DNA from: a virus
Direction: 5' to 3' (one strand)
Virus record (IMG/VR): IMGVR_UViG_3300018080_006015
Location: 1-64,000 of that record
Length of the DNA: 64,000 bases
Positions 29,848 through 39,784 of this stretch are shown piece after piece. The notes beneath the pieces were generated by a model. It worked only from the letters and a program-made list of their open reading frames with translations, was not told the origin of the DNA and did not search any database. Within the stretch, counting starts at the first letter, position 1, and each line of letters begins with the position of its first letter. Made by a program: the position numbers and the translations under genes.

Positions 29848-30547
29848 GTTTAACCGGAAGCATAAAGGTGGTTTTAATAAAATATTTGGTATAGGAGAAA
29901 ATAAAACTGGAACTACATCTTTAGGAGTTGCTTTAAATGTTCTTGGGTGTGGACAAATGGCTGCGTGGCCACAGTCTAAGCATATTATTAATGGATTTAG
30001 ATCTAGTTATACGGATATGTTTTCGCAAATGAATGTTGTTTGTAGAATGTATCGTCATTTTAATGATTTTCCTTGGAATATATTAGATTTGTACCAAATG
30101 TTAGATAAAAGGTTTATTAATAGTAAGTTTATATTAACCGTTAGAGATCCTGAATGTTGGTTTAAATCATTAAAAAATTGGTGCACTGTCCCAAGTGGAA
30201 ATTATACTGATTTAATGTGGAGAATTCATAAAAATTTCAGACGAGACAGGCGTTATAGAAGAGTGATAGGATTATTTGAGAAATGTTTTGAGCAGAAATA
30301 TGGAATTAAGTCAAATAATGGTGTATTTCGGGTGAGCGAATATAAGGATAAGTATATAAAAGGATATATTAATCGTAATAAGATGATTAAAAAATATTTT
30401 GAACGTAGACCAAATGATTTATTGGTTGTCAATTGGGAAGATGGTGATGGATGGGAAGAATTGTGTAATTTTTTAAATAGAAAAATACCATCTCGTCGTT
30501 TTCCACATGCATTGAAAAGAAAATTTAATAACAAATATTATGGGTAA
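29840..30547 (+). CDS. Sulfotransferase family protein (Sulfotransfer_4 type)
   Basis: KIFGIG..KTGTTSL..AL..LG, DFPW, SKFILTVRDP..WF.S, GWEELC.FL...P...FPH. Confidence 0.85.
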   Translation: MYEFNRKHKGGFNKIFGIGENKTGTTSLGVALNVLGCGQMAAWPQSKHIINGFRSSYTDMFSQMNVVCRMYRHFNDFPWNILDLYQMLDKRFINSKFILTVRDPECWFKSLKNWCTVPSGNYTDLMWRIHKNFRRDRRYRRVIGLFEKCFEQKYGIKSNNGVFRVSEYKDKYIKGYINRNKMIKKYFERRPNDLLVVNWEDGDGWEELCNFLNRKIPSRRFPHALKRKFNNKYYG

Positions 30548-31190
30548 AACAATGTCAAATCAAAAAAAGCCGGGCGTACAAGGTAAGTTTCCTTTTGGTA
30601 AAGAAATTATTCATAAAGGTTACAAATTAAAGGGTTGGCCGTTAAAAAATGCTTGCTTAAATAAATATCGCAAGATTTTATCTGGAATAAAAAACGGTAA
30701 AATTGTGGAGGTTGGCGTATATGGAGGGGCAAGCATTTTAAGTGTAATAGATATTTGTATAGCAAATAATAATGTAATTTTTGGGATAGATCCTTGGGAG
30801 CGAATTAGCCGAACAAATGGGCAAATACCAGACAAAGATTTTTTAATTGAATGTCAAAAACAAATGAAATCAGCCAGAAAAAACCTAGAAAAAATCGTTA
30901 CTGATTTAAAATATGATAAATATATTAAATTAATTCAGGGTTTTTCTCCGGCAAAAGCTAGTTTATTTGATAATAATAGTTTAGATATGGTTTATATAGA
31001 TGGAGAACATTCATATAATGCCGTATTTTCTGATATGACGGCGTGGCTTCCTAAAATTAAGAAAAATGGCACTCTATGGGGAGATGATTTTGTTTGGAAG
31101 AGTGTTAGTATGGCAGTTAAAAAGTTTTGTAAAGATAATAAATTGAAATTTACAAGCACCGGTAGAAGCTGGTTTGTTCATGTGGTATAA
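30540..31190 (+). CDS. SAM-dependent methyltransferase (Methyltransf_24 type)
   Basis: VEVGVYGG.S, GIDPW, YIDGEHSY, GDD. Confidence 0.88.
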   Translation: MGKTMSNQKKPGVQGKFPFGKEIIHKGYKLKGWPLKNACLNKYRKILSGIKNGKIVEVGVYGGASILSVIDICIANNNVIFGIDPWERISRTNGQIPDKDFLIECQKQMKSARKNLEKIVTDLKYDKYIKLIQGFSPAKASLFDNNSLDMVYIDGEHSYNAVFSDMTAWLPKIKKNGTLWGDDFVWKSVSMAVKKFCKDNKLKFTSTGRSWFVHVV

Positions 31191-31193
31191 AAT

Positions 31194-31880
31194 ATGCGTT
31201 TGGCAATAATGCAACCGTATTTTTTTCCATATATTGGCTATTTTCAATTAATAGCGGCTGCGGATAAATTTGTGTTTTATGATGATGTAAATTACATTAA
31301 AAGAGGGTGGGTTAGTCGTAATCGTATAAATATTCATGGCAAACCATCATATTTTGGCGTACAAACCAGCAAAGCAAGTCAATTTTCTAAAATACGTGAT
31401 ATCAAATTAAATAGTGATTATAAGTGGCGCAAAAAGCTATTAAAGTCTTTAGAGCTTAATTATAAAAAATCAATTAATTTTGATAAAGTATATGATATCG
31501 TAAAAAATGTGGTTATGTTTGAAACTAATAACCTATCAGAAATGAACAAAAAAAGTATAGTTCATTTTTGTAAGTATCTTGGTATTGACACCGAAATAGT
31601 TGATAGCTCTGTTATATTTGACAATTCGGAACTACATGGTCAAGAAAGAATATTAGATATATGCGTACAATGCAATGCAAGCGTGTATATAAACGCTATA
31701 AATGGAAAGGAATTATATTCAGTTAATGATTTTGATAACAAAAATATTAGTTTGAAGTTTATAGAGATGAACAGATCGGCTATAGATTATGATAATATAT
31801 ATTTATCTATTATAGATTTGGTTATGAATACTTCTATGTCGGATTTGTCCGAGATGCTTAATTGTTATACTTTAGTATAG
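31194..31880 (+). CDS. wbqC: WbqC family protein
   Basis: AIMQPYFFPYIGYFQLI...D.FVFYDDV.YIKRGW..RNRI, YINAING..LY, LSIID. Confidence 0.92.
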   Translation: MRLAIMQPYFFPYIGYFQLIAAADKFVFYDDVNYIKRGWVSRNRINIHGKPSYFGVQTSKASQFSKIRDIKLNSDYKWRKKLLKSLELNYKKSINFDKVYDIVKNVVMFETNNLSEMNKKSIVHFCKYLGIDTEIVDSSVIFDNSELHGQERILDICVQCNASVYINAINGKELYSVNDFDNKNISLKFIEMNRSAIDYDNIYLSIIDLVMNTSMSDLSEMLNCYTLV

Positions 31881-32942
31881 TTATTTCTTGCTTTTTCGCG
31901 CGGTGCAGATATAATAGAATTGGTATATTTGATCTACTTGAATTTCTTCAATGTTTTTAGGAAGAAATTCAATTGGACAATGATGAATAACATTATGATT
32001 TGATAATACGAATTTAAAGTAAAGCTTTTCAATAAAAGATGCAGAATTGTATAATTGTTCGTCTAGGAACAGAATCTTACCACCTTTTTTTGTAACTCTT
32101 ACCATTTCCTCTAAAGCAACTTTTGTATTAGCACAACTATTAATTGCGCCATAATTTGTAACGATATCAAATGTTTCAGACTCAAAAGGGAGCTTATGGG
32201 CGTCAGCTAACAAAAGGGTTACAGGAACATGTTGTTGATTCATGATTTTTTGTCCCTTAGTTAACATTTGTTTAGAAAGATCAACTCCTGTATATTCTGC
32301 ATTCAAATTCATCCATCCATGACGAAACAGTGAATTACATGTACCTGTTGCGATGTCTAGCATTTTAAGCTTTGTTGTGGAATTTTGATATTCTTTTTGA
32401 AATTCTGAGTGTATTTGTGTAAATGTTTTGGTTGGTTTGTATTGGTGTTTGAATAGTGATATTTTGGTTGGAATAGCTAAAACTAATAAGTAAAATATGT
32501 ATTTGTGTTTATATAAAATGTATGATGTGCTTATTAATAATATTCCTACAAAAATATCTGTTATAGATACGCAATGTTGTGAATAAACAAGCCAACAAAT
32601 TGAATATCCAACTACAAGCATCAAATATAATACAATAAAAAAATATGCTAACCAGTATTTAATTGATATTTTAATTGGTCTGACCGGAAGGCTTAAAAAT
32701 GGCATGAAAAAATTATAAAATCTTCCAAAAAGATTGTTATAAAAAGAATCCATAAGATGTTTATCGTCATTTCTTATTTTCGATTTAATTGAAAAATCTG
32801 GAATTCCATTTGTACAAACATATTGTTGTTTACAGTGTTTACATTCCCAATATGTTTTGTGTTTTAAGAATTTTGGGTTTTTACATGTTAAGCATATTAT
32901 CGGTGATGTTTTGTTTGTGTTTTTATTGTTATTTTTCGTCAT
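31881..32942 (-). CDS. SAM-dependent methyltransferase (UbiE-like) with N-terminal Cys knuckle and transmembrane insertion
   Basis: CLTC..CKHC..Y...GIP; hydrophobic helices; MLDIATGT, GVDLS..ML, ADAHKLPF, EMVRVTKKGG. Confidence 0.8.
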   Translation of the reverse strand: MTKNNNKNTNKTSPIICLTCKNPKFLKHKTYWECKHCKQQYVCTNGIPDFSIKSKIRNDDKHLMDSFYNNLFGRFYNFFMPFLSLPVRPIKISIKYWLAYFFIVLYLMLVVGYSICWLVYSQHCVSITDIFVGILLISTSYILYKHKYIFYLLVLAIPTKISLFKHQYKPTKTFTQIHSEFQKEYQNSTTKLKMLDIATGTCNSLFRHGWMNLNAEYTGVDLSKQMLTKGQKIMNQQHVPVTLLLADAHKLPFESETFDIVTNYGAINSCANTKVALEEMVRVTKKGGKILFLDEQLYNSASFIEKLYFKFVLSNHNVIHHCPIEFLPKNIEEIQVDQIYQFYYICTARKSKK

Positions 32943-32971
32943 TTTTCTTACCAGTCTAATTTATATAATTA

Positions 32972-33901
32972 TTATTTTGAAATCGCATAACCAAAACCAG
33001 ATTGTCCAAAACCGTTTCCATTATAAAACATATATTTTAGACCATTATATGAAATTACATATGGATATGCCATCATTGAAGAATCCCAATTAGCATCAGA
33101 AACAGAAAAATTAATTTGATCGTCTTTTCTAATCCATTTTTTTCCATTGATAGATTCTGCATAGCCAATTTTATAGCTGTTTTGTAATGTGCTACGATAA
33201 TGTGTGATATTGCGAAAAGAATACCACATTTTATATAATTTATTTTCTTTGATTATTGAGGCGCGAACAATGCCCCCTTCTTTATTGGATTTATAATCAA
33301 TTGCAACGTTGTTATTGCGTTGCCAGTTTATTCCATCATTTGATTCTGCGTATTTTATGTGATAATATGGTTCTGGTTTATTGTTTATCATTTTCCATTT
33401 TGTACATGACATATACCAGTTTTTCCATACATCATTCTCAATCATTACCCATGATGTTCCAGTAAAATGAGGCTCGGTGTGTGTTGTTCCAAATATTGGG
33501 CCATTAGAATATCTTTCGAAGGATTTTCCGCCGTTATAGCTTATGGCCAATCCTATAGAGTTATGATATGGTACTGTTTTTCTTGTTGTCCACCCGGTAT
33601 AATATAGGTATTTTTTGTTTCCATTAGATATTACGCATGATGGCATAACGCCACTGTCATCAAACGTTCCTAATTCGCCAAGATCCAGTACCGGTTTGTG
33701 ATGTTCATATAGTATATTTTGTGGATTTCCGGCTTCTACATCTATAAAGCTTATTCTGCTTTTACCTAAGGCATCTCTTGTAGAAAAATATATTCTCCAA
33801 CGATTTTTTGATATACTATCTATTGTAGGTAGCTGTGCATGTGTCTGATTCCATCGATATTTACCAGATACATTATATATATGGTCTATTTTTTGCCACA
33901 T
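32972..33901 (-). CDS. Five-bladed beta-propeller glycoside-hydrolase-like protein (GH32/GH43-like)
   Basis: LG.LG.FDDSGVMP, YLYYTGW, repeated I.YAES..G..W blades, AYP.V, MFYNGNGFG.SGFG. Confidence 0.72.
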   Translation of the reverse strand: MWQKIDHIYNVSGKYRWNQTHAQLPTIDSISKNRWRIYFSTRDALGKSRISFIDVEAGNPQNILYEHHKPVLDLGELGTFDDSGVMPSCVISNGNKKYLYYTGWTTRKTVPYHNSIGLAISYNGGKSFERYSNGPIFGTTHTEPHFTGTSWVMIENDVWKNWYMSCTKWKMINNKPEPYYHIKYAESNDGINWQRNNNVAIDYKSNKEGGIVRASIIKENKLYKMWYSFRNITHYRSTLQNSYKIGYAESINGKKWIRKDDQINFSVSDANWDSSMMAYPYVISYNGLKYMFYNGNGFGQSGFGYAISK

Positions 33902-34473
33902 TGTTTAGATTTGTTTTTATGTGGAAATGGATTTTTTGTTGGAACTTCTTTGTTTAAGAAATGATAAAAATCAATCCATGAATTATCTTTGCTTACGTCT
34001 AATATAAAAAAATTGTGATGATTTTCAAAATATTGGATTATCATATTATTTCTACATTTGTAAATTTCGGTATAATATGAATCATTTTTAGGAAAATAGT
34101 TATGACCAAAAATTTTATTATGAAATAAAAAGTAACCAGTATGTATTTTAGGCTTTAATACATTAATTACCATTTTTTTTAATGATAATAACCAATCATT
34201 TTGATCGCGAATGGTTAGTATAAATTTGCTATTTGGAAATTCTTTATTAAGATGGATAAAAAAATCATTTGCCGCCCATGGAATATCTTCGAATGATTGG
34301 TATTGGTTGGCAATTTTGAATAGTTTGTCATATTGATTATTAATCCAATATGGCATTAGTTTATTGGAGTTTTTCCAATGACCTTTTAGGTGTTTATATC
34401 CTAAGTTTTTAAGGGCAAATCCTAAAGAAGATGTTCCTGTTTTTGGCCACCCTATTCCAAATATTTTTTTCAT
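33886..34473 (-). CDS. Sulfotransferase family protein (paralog of 29840..30547)
   Basis: KIFGIGWPKTGTSSL..AL..LG, EDIPW, SKFILTIRD..W..S, FPHKN. Confidence 0.85.
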   Translation of the reverse strand: MKKIFGIGWPKTGTSSLGFALKNLGYKHLKGHWKNSNKLMPYWINNQYDKLFKIANQYQSFEDIPWAANDFFIHLNKEFPNSKFILTIRDQNDWLLSLKKMVINVLKPKIHTGYFLFHNKIFGHNYFPKNDSYYTEIYKCRNNMIIQYFENHHNFFILDVSKDNSWIDFYHFLNKEVPTKNPFPHKNKSKQCGKK

Positions 34474-34488
34474 AATTATATATAAATA

Positions 34489-35166
34489 TTAGAAATCAAT
34501 ATCTTTGCTCAATAAAGGCTCATCATTTTTATTCGTGGCATGTTTTGCTGGCGCACCTTTGTATATGTGCCATGGGTTTGTGTCTTTGGTAATTAATGCC
34601 CCCATAGCAATAAGCGATCCTTCTCCAATTTTTGCGCCATCTCTAATTGTTGCGTTTACTCCGAAAAATGAGTTTGCACCTACGTCACAATGTCCAGAAA
34701 GTACAACATGAGATGTGAAGAATACATTGTGGTCAATTTTGCTGTGGTGACCAATATGATTTCCGCTCCAAAAAACACAATTATTGCCAATTTCTACAAA
34801 TGGTTGTATTGTATTGTCTTCAAGGATAAAATTGTTGTCGCCTATTTTGTCGGTTAGAACTGTGGCGTGAGAACTGATATAATTAACAAACGTATATCCC
34901 TTATTTTTGCCCTGGTCGTAAATTGATTCTCGCAAACGATTTATTGATCTATGTGATAATGGTGCGAACAGACAATATTCGTCCGTACTGTAATGTTTTT
35001 CTATATCTTCGAATGGCACAACAGGTAAGCCTTCAAATACCGCATTGTCTGGCATGTACTCTTTAGACACTGTAAATGCAACGACCTCATGTTTGCTATC
35101 GGTTCTTAAATAATAATGAGCCAAAGATGCAAAATCTAAAACTCCAAAAATTATAACTTTAGCCAT
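34489..35166 (-). CDS. Hexapeptide-repeat sugar acetyltransferase (PglD/NeuD-like)
   Basis: N-terminal Rossmann-like VIIFG; left-handed beta-helix repeats with NHIGHHSKI; G.PA at the C-terminus. Confidence 0.9.
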   Translation of the reverse strand: MAKVIIFGVLDFASLAHYYLRTDSKHEVVAFTVSKEYMPDNAVFEGLPVVPFEDIEKHYSTDEYCLFAPLSHRSINRLRESIYDQGKNKGYTFVNYISSHATVLTDKIGDNNFILEDNTIQPFVEIGNNCVFWSGNHIGHHSKIDHNVFFTSHVVLSGHCDVGANSFFGVNATIRDGAKIGEGSLIAMGALITKDTNPWHIYKGAPAKHATNKNDEPLLSKDIDF

Positions 35167-35181
35167 ATTTAATAGTCTCCA

Positions 35182-35805
35182 TTATTTGTAAATATATGTT
35201 GTATATTCATATAACCCATAGTCTTGTCTAAATGTGAAATTTTTCGATATATTATTTCTCAAAAAATTCGCCAATTTATCAAACGGCAAATGGAAAAGAT
35301 CTTCTCTAGTCCAATCAACATGATGAGACATGAAATTTACGGATAATCCAATTTTGGAATGATTAAATATTTTATTAATCATATTTTTCGTATAATCAAA
35401 CATTTCGGTGAAGGTTAGGTTTTGTTTTTCTGTAAATACCCCATTTGCGATAATGTAATCAAATTTTGGCAGTTGCAATTTGTTTTTCAAGATATCGTAG
35501 CAATAATATGTGTTTTGTGGGTATTTTTGTTTTGATTTGTTGATGAATTTTCTCGAAATATCTAGTCCAGAATATTTTATATTTCGATATTTTTGGACTT
35601 TTATGTAATCATACAAATGAGACAGTCCGCATCCAAAATCCAATAACGTTAAATTATCATTTTTATTTTTAATAACGTCTAGCATAATGCTATGTCTTAT
35701 TTGTGCATCATCAGCATTTGGCCAGTCAACACCTTTTGGTGAATCTCCGTATTTTTCAAAGCAAGCTTCATAGTGTGATACTATATTTAAATATTTTTTC
35801 GTCAT
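35182..35805 (-). CDS. SAM-dependent methyltransferase
   Basis: GVDW, LLDFGCG, YSGLDIS, FDYIIANGVF, DYGLYEYT. Confidence 0.88.
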   Translation of the reverse strand: MTKKYLNIVSHYEACFEKYGDSPKGVDWPNADDAQIRHSIMLDVIKNKNDNLTLLDFGCGLSHLYDYIKVQKYRNIKYSGLDISRKFINKSKQKYPQNTYYCYDILKNKLQLPKFDYIIANGVFTEKQNLTFTEMFDYTKNMINKIFNHSKIGLSVNFMSHHVDWTREDLFHLPFDKLANFLRNNISKNFTFRQDYGLYEYTTYIYK

Positions 35806-35916
35806 TTTAAATATATGTATTTAACCGCGAAAGTCTCGACAAAGATTATTTTTGCTTGTTGTCTTGTGTTATTATTGCATTTAAAGAGGGACTATAAAGC
35901 CGAACTTGGTAACAAT

Positions 35917-36849
35917 ATGACAAAATCAAATAACATACAGAAAGTTCCTATTGCCAAAGGTTCTGGGCTTATGGTGTATAATCCCTCTATTGAGTACTTT
36001 ATAGAAAAAATAGCGGGACGTAAATATTTTTCTTTTGTTAGATTTCAGGTTGAATTTTGGTGTACAGCAAGGATAGCATTACAATTTATGGGGTATCGAG
36101 GTTGGGCATATCCAAATTCTATTGATATCACACCGGAATTTATTAAAACATGGTCTCAAAACATGATTCGAGCATGGGAGGAAAAGCAAAGTTATAAGCG
36201 CCCATGGGTATTTAAGTCAGAAATATTTGAAGAACAATTAAATATGATTGTTAATCCAAAGCCAAATAATTTTAAATTGGCGGTAAGTGATCGGGCATGG
36301 TTTTTTGGTAAATTCCCACCACCACCAGGAAATTGGCCGTGGTCTCCCAGAATGGTAAAGAAAATGATACCGAGTGGTGAAATACCATTTAATGCGATAT
36401 GTTGGAGGCGCTGGGGCTATTTTGGAGAGATTCAAAAATTTTTTAATACTTTCAAAGATAAACGTATTGTGATAGTTGGCCCTTATTATTTTGATAATTT
36501 TGGTGAAAAACTTGGTTTGAAAAATTATACACATATTAAGATAAGTCATACAAACGCAAGTGAGTATGTGTACGATTACTTAGAGGAAATAAAGAAGTTT
36601 CATAATAGCATATCGCCAAGTGATGATGTTATATATTTTTTTAGTGGAGGATCTCCTGGTATATGGTTAATACAACAACTACATAATAAATTGCATAACG
36701 CTTTTATGATTGATATTGGTCGGGCATTTGATGTTTATTATTTTTACGACACAATAAGAAAGGGCGATGCTGCGTGGAAATGGGGTTGTTGGTTGGAGAG
36801 AAATCCTCCTAAATGGATTAAGAACAAACTTAGTAATGTAATAAGATAA
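35917..36849 (+). CDS. Hypothetical protein, possibly GT-D-fold (DUF1792-like) glycosyltransferase
   Basis: FSFVRF near the N-terminus, IVIVGP, and MIDIGRAFD near the C-terminus. Start MTKSNN preferred over 35815. Confidence 0.5.
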   Translation: MTKSNNIQKVPIAKGSGLMVYNPSIEYFIEKIAGRKYFSFVRFQVEFWCTARIALQFMGYRGWAYPNSIDITPEFIKTWSQNMIRAWEEKQSYKRPWVFKSEIFEEQLNMIVNPKPNNFKLAVSDRAWFFGKFPPPPGNWPWSPRMVKKMIPSGEIPFNAICWRRWGYFGEIQKFFNTFKDKRIVIVGPYYFDNFGEKLGLKNYTHIKISHTNASEYVYDYLEEIKKFHNSISPSDDVIYFFSGGSPGIWLIQQLHNKLHNAFMIDIGRAFDVYYFYDTIRKGDAAWKWGCWLERNPPKWIKNKLSNVIR

Positions 36850-36861
36850 TTATAGGTAAAT

Positions 36862-37611
36862 ATGGACTTTATTGTATTGACATATGACGACAGGCTGTCT
36901 TTTACGGAATTAATGATAAGATCGTATTTGGATTTTTTTCCGAAATTTGATATTACATTTAATATTCCATACAATAATGACGAAACATTAAGAAAAATAA
37001 AATTATTGCCAGGAAATATTACCCCAATAAAATGTAAAAAAGAGATGAAACCCACCATGTCTGCTTTATTGGGTAGTATACCAGATAATAAATTTGTTTA
37101 TTGGTGTAGTGATGATCGTTATGTGGCAAGTTTTAAAGATGCACAGCGTTTTCGAAAAATCTCTAAAACATTATCTAACAATGCGTCGGTCAATTTAGAC
37201 GCAGTAAGAACGCTAACTATTCCGGCGCAACACAGGCGAAATGTTAAGATTAAATTAGATAAAAACTTAGTATTGTTTAAGTTTTCAGATTCTGTTGTTC
37301 ATGGGTTTTGGAATCATCACTTTATTAGATGTAAGTGGCTGAAAGATATTTTTATTAATAATAATTTGCCTGAAAATTATGAGTTAAGGGATTTACATAA
37401 GTTGATGGGTAACAGAAATAAACAATATAATCATAGAATATATACTGTTGGATCTTCAATATGTGTGTTTGGTGAAACTACATATCATGACAAAATGACA
37501 ATAAATTGTAGAAAAGCAATGAACAAATATGGCATACAGATACCAGAATATCCTTCAGATAATATAAAAATCTTTTTTGATGGAAGACCTAGACTTACTC
37601 GTGTAAAATGA
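36862..37611 (+). CDS. Hypothetical protein, possible GT-A-like fold
   Basis: FIVLTYD N-terminus and VYWCSDD acidic motif; island context. Confidence 0.4.
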   Translation: MDFIVLTYDDRLSFTELMIRSYLDFFPKFDITFNIPYNNDETLRKIKLLPGNITPIKCKKEMKPTMSALLGSIPDNKFVYWCSDDRYVASFKDAQRFRKISKTLSNNASVNLDAVRTLTIPAQHRRNVKIKLDKNLVLFKFSDSVVHGFWNHHFIRCKWLKDIFINNNLPENYELRDLHKLMGNRNKQYNHRIYTVGSSICVFGETTYHDKMTINCRKAMNKYGIQIPEYPSDNIKIFFDGRPRLTRVK

Positions 37612-37659
37612 TTGGAAATGATGTCAAAAAAAATATTTAAGCAGATATATTAGAAAGAT

Positions 37660-38316
37660 ATGAACTCATCTTATGATCCGCGAATGGAACAATATCCCTT
37701 ATTAATTAGTTATCCGCGAAGCGGTAGTAATTGGCTTAATTGCACCTTAGAACTTTACTATAATAAACCTCGTTTAAGGGGTGATGGTCCTGTTACATTT
37801 TTGAAAAATCGAAGAAAAAGAACGGATTATATGTGGTTTCATGACCATGATATTTTTTCGGACCTTAAAGTTGGTCATGATAACATATTATATTTGTATA
37901 GAAACCCAGATGATGTTATTTATTCGCTTTTAATGGCGGAAAATGGGCACACTACTCAGAAATTAGTAGACGATCAAATATTTAGGTTGAAAAAACATTT
38001 TAGAAAGTATATTTTGAACGGAGTCGCTACGGAATGTGTTAGATATGAGTCTTTAAAAAATATGAAATATAAAGAGTTTGATAAAATAATAAAGTTTTTT
38101 AATAAAATCGATGTTTTGAATAAAGGTAAACTAAATAGTGCTATTAAAATAGTAAAAAAGGGACAAATAATTAATAAGGAAGTTGATAAAAGATATTTTA
38201 ATAAAAACATGCTGTCGAGTTCATATGAGGTTGGCCGTAAAAAATTTAAGGATCAATATTCATCATATATCTATGCAAATTTAATTACAAAAGAGTTGAG
38301 TGATTATTTTGTATAA
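37660..38316 (+). CDS. Sulfotransferase family protein
   Basis: LISYPRSGSNW PAPS loop, LYRNPDDVIYS, VRYESL. Confidence 0.85.
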   Translation: MNSSYDPRMEQYPLLISYPRSGSNWLNCTLELYYNKPRLRGDGPVTFLKNRRKRTDYMWFHDHDIFSDLKVGHDNILYLYRNPDDVIYSLLMAENGHTTQKLVDDQIFRLKKHFRKYILNGVATECVRYESLKNMKYKEFDKIIKFFNKIDVLNKGKLNSAIKIVKKGQIINKEVDKRYFNKNMLSSSYEVGRKKFKDQYSSYIYANLITKELSDYFV

Positions 38317-38334
38317 TTCTTAATATTTATTAGT

Positions 38335-39102
38335 ATGGATAAAAAACAAATTGTTACAATTTTTCAAACTTATGGAAGTATAAGTATAGTAAAGCAAACT
38401 CTTCCATCGGTTATTGAAGAAACTAAAAAAAATGATGCGGCGTTGATTGTTTTTGATTCTACCGAAATTAAAGATGGCAGAAAAGAGAAATGGCAATATT
38501 TGCAAAATTTAAATGTAAATGACGATTTTTTCTTAATATTATCTTCAAATTTGTCAGTTGCAGATTCTAGAAACACTTGTATGTTTTTAGCGCAGAAGTT
38601 ATATGTTCCAGATTATATTTGTATAATGGATGATGATCATGGTTTTAAGTCGGGTTTCATAGCAAAATTAATAGATGCTATGCAGAAATATTATGGAAAA
38701 ATTGCCCCAAATGGTCTTCGTTTTGGTTTGTTTACCGGATGTGGCGAACATAGGCACGGCCCAAGATTAAATATGAAAGATGGACATACATGTCCAGATC
38801 CTACATGTAAGCCAGGCGCTCTTGGTGGAACAAATGGTTGTTTCAGATGTGCTCCAACTTCCCATTGGAACAATGTGTTAAATGGATATGAATCAGACGA
38901 ATATTTAATATCATATTATCAAACAAGTAGTATAAGTAGAAGAAATTACCACAAAGGATTTACCACTTTAATTGTAAAAAATGGTAGTAAAATGTTTTGT
39001 ATTAATTATTCTGGCAGAGGTGGCTCCGCACCTAAGGGCAAAATGTTGTGGGATGATAAATATACCGCTAGTGATAGGCGCTCAAAATATAGGAAACGTT
39101 AA
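38335..39102 (+). CDS. GT2-like glycosyltransferase
   Basis: LIVFD, N.SVA.SRN, YICIMDDD DxD motif. Confidence 0.6.
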   Translation: MDKKQIVTIFQTYGSISIVKQTLPSVIEETKKNDAALIVFDSTEIKDGRKEKWQYLQNLNVNDDFFLILSSNLSVADSRNTCMFLAQKLYVPDYICIMDDDHGFKSGFIAKLIDAMQKYYGKIAPNGLRFGLFTGCGEHRHGPRLNMKDGHTCPDPTCKPGALGGTNGCFRCAPTSHWNNVLNGYESDEYLISYYQTSSISRRNYHKGFTTLIVKNGSKMFCINYSGRGGSAPKGKMLWDDKYTASDRRSKYRKR

Positions 39103-39106
39103 ATTT

Positions 39107-39775
39107 ATGATGAAAAAAAAGAAACAAAAAATAAGAGAAAGGAAAACTTATTTATTGTCGTTTCCCAGATCGGGAAATACGTGGGTACGATATTGTATTG
39201 CGCATATTATTAATCCAATAGTAGCTGGTTCGCGCCAAAAAACTGTAGATTTAAGTGGTAGTGATAAGGTTTTATTAAAGGTTCATCATATAAATAATGA
39301 TAGGGCTCAAAAAACTAAAAAATCTCATAAATTGATACTGCTGGTTAGAAATCCGTATGAAGCTATTGTTAGAACTATGAATAAAAAGAATATAGGACTA
39401 ACAAAAAGACGTTCCCGCAAATATTTTAATTGTTTGGAAATGTATAATGACTGGGAGGCTGATAAAATATTAATATATTATGAAGACTTAATTTTGAATC
39501 CTAAAAAAACTTTAAAAAAAATATTGAAATTTCTAAACATATCTTCTAGAAATTTGGATGATTTTATATCTTCGTATGAGTTTCATCAAAAAAGAAGCCT
39601 CAAATATTACCACAAAGTAGCTGAACGTGGCCGTACAGAGGGTGACGCAAACAAACTAAATTATCATAGTAAACTAACACACAAAGATAATTTATCTGAA
39701 GTGAAAAGATTAGTAAATTGTGAATATAAAGATTTGTCCATAAAGTACTTAAAGCGATATATGAATAGTGTCTAA
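39107..39775 (+). CDS. Sulfotransferase family protein
   Basis: LSFPRSGNTW, LKVH, LVRNPYEA, YYEDLI..P...L..IL.FL. Confidence 0.85.
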   Translation: MMKKKKQKIRERKTYLLSFPRSGNTWVRYCIAHIINPIVAGSRQKTVDLSGSDKVLLKVHHINNDRAQKTKKSHKLILLVRNPYEAIVRTMNKKNIGLTKRRSRKYFNCLEMYNDWEADKILIYYEDLILNPKKTLKKILKFLNISSRNLDDFISSYEFHQKRSLKYYHKVAERGRTEGDANKLNYHSKLTHKDNLSEVKRLVNCEYKDLSIKYLKRYMNSV

Positions 39776-39784
39776 GGCAAATAA

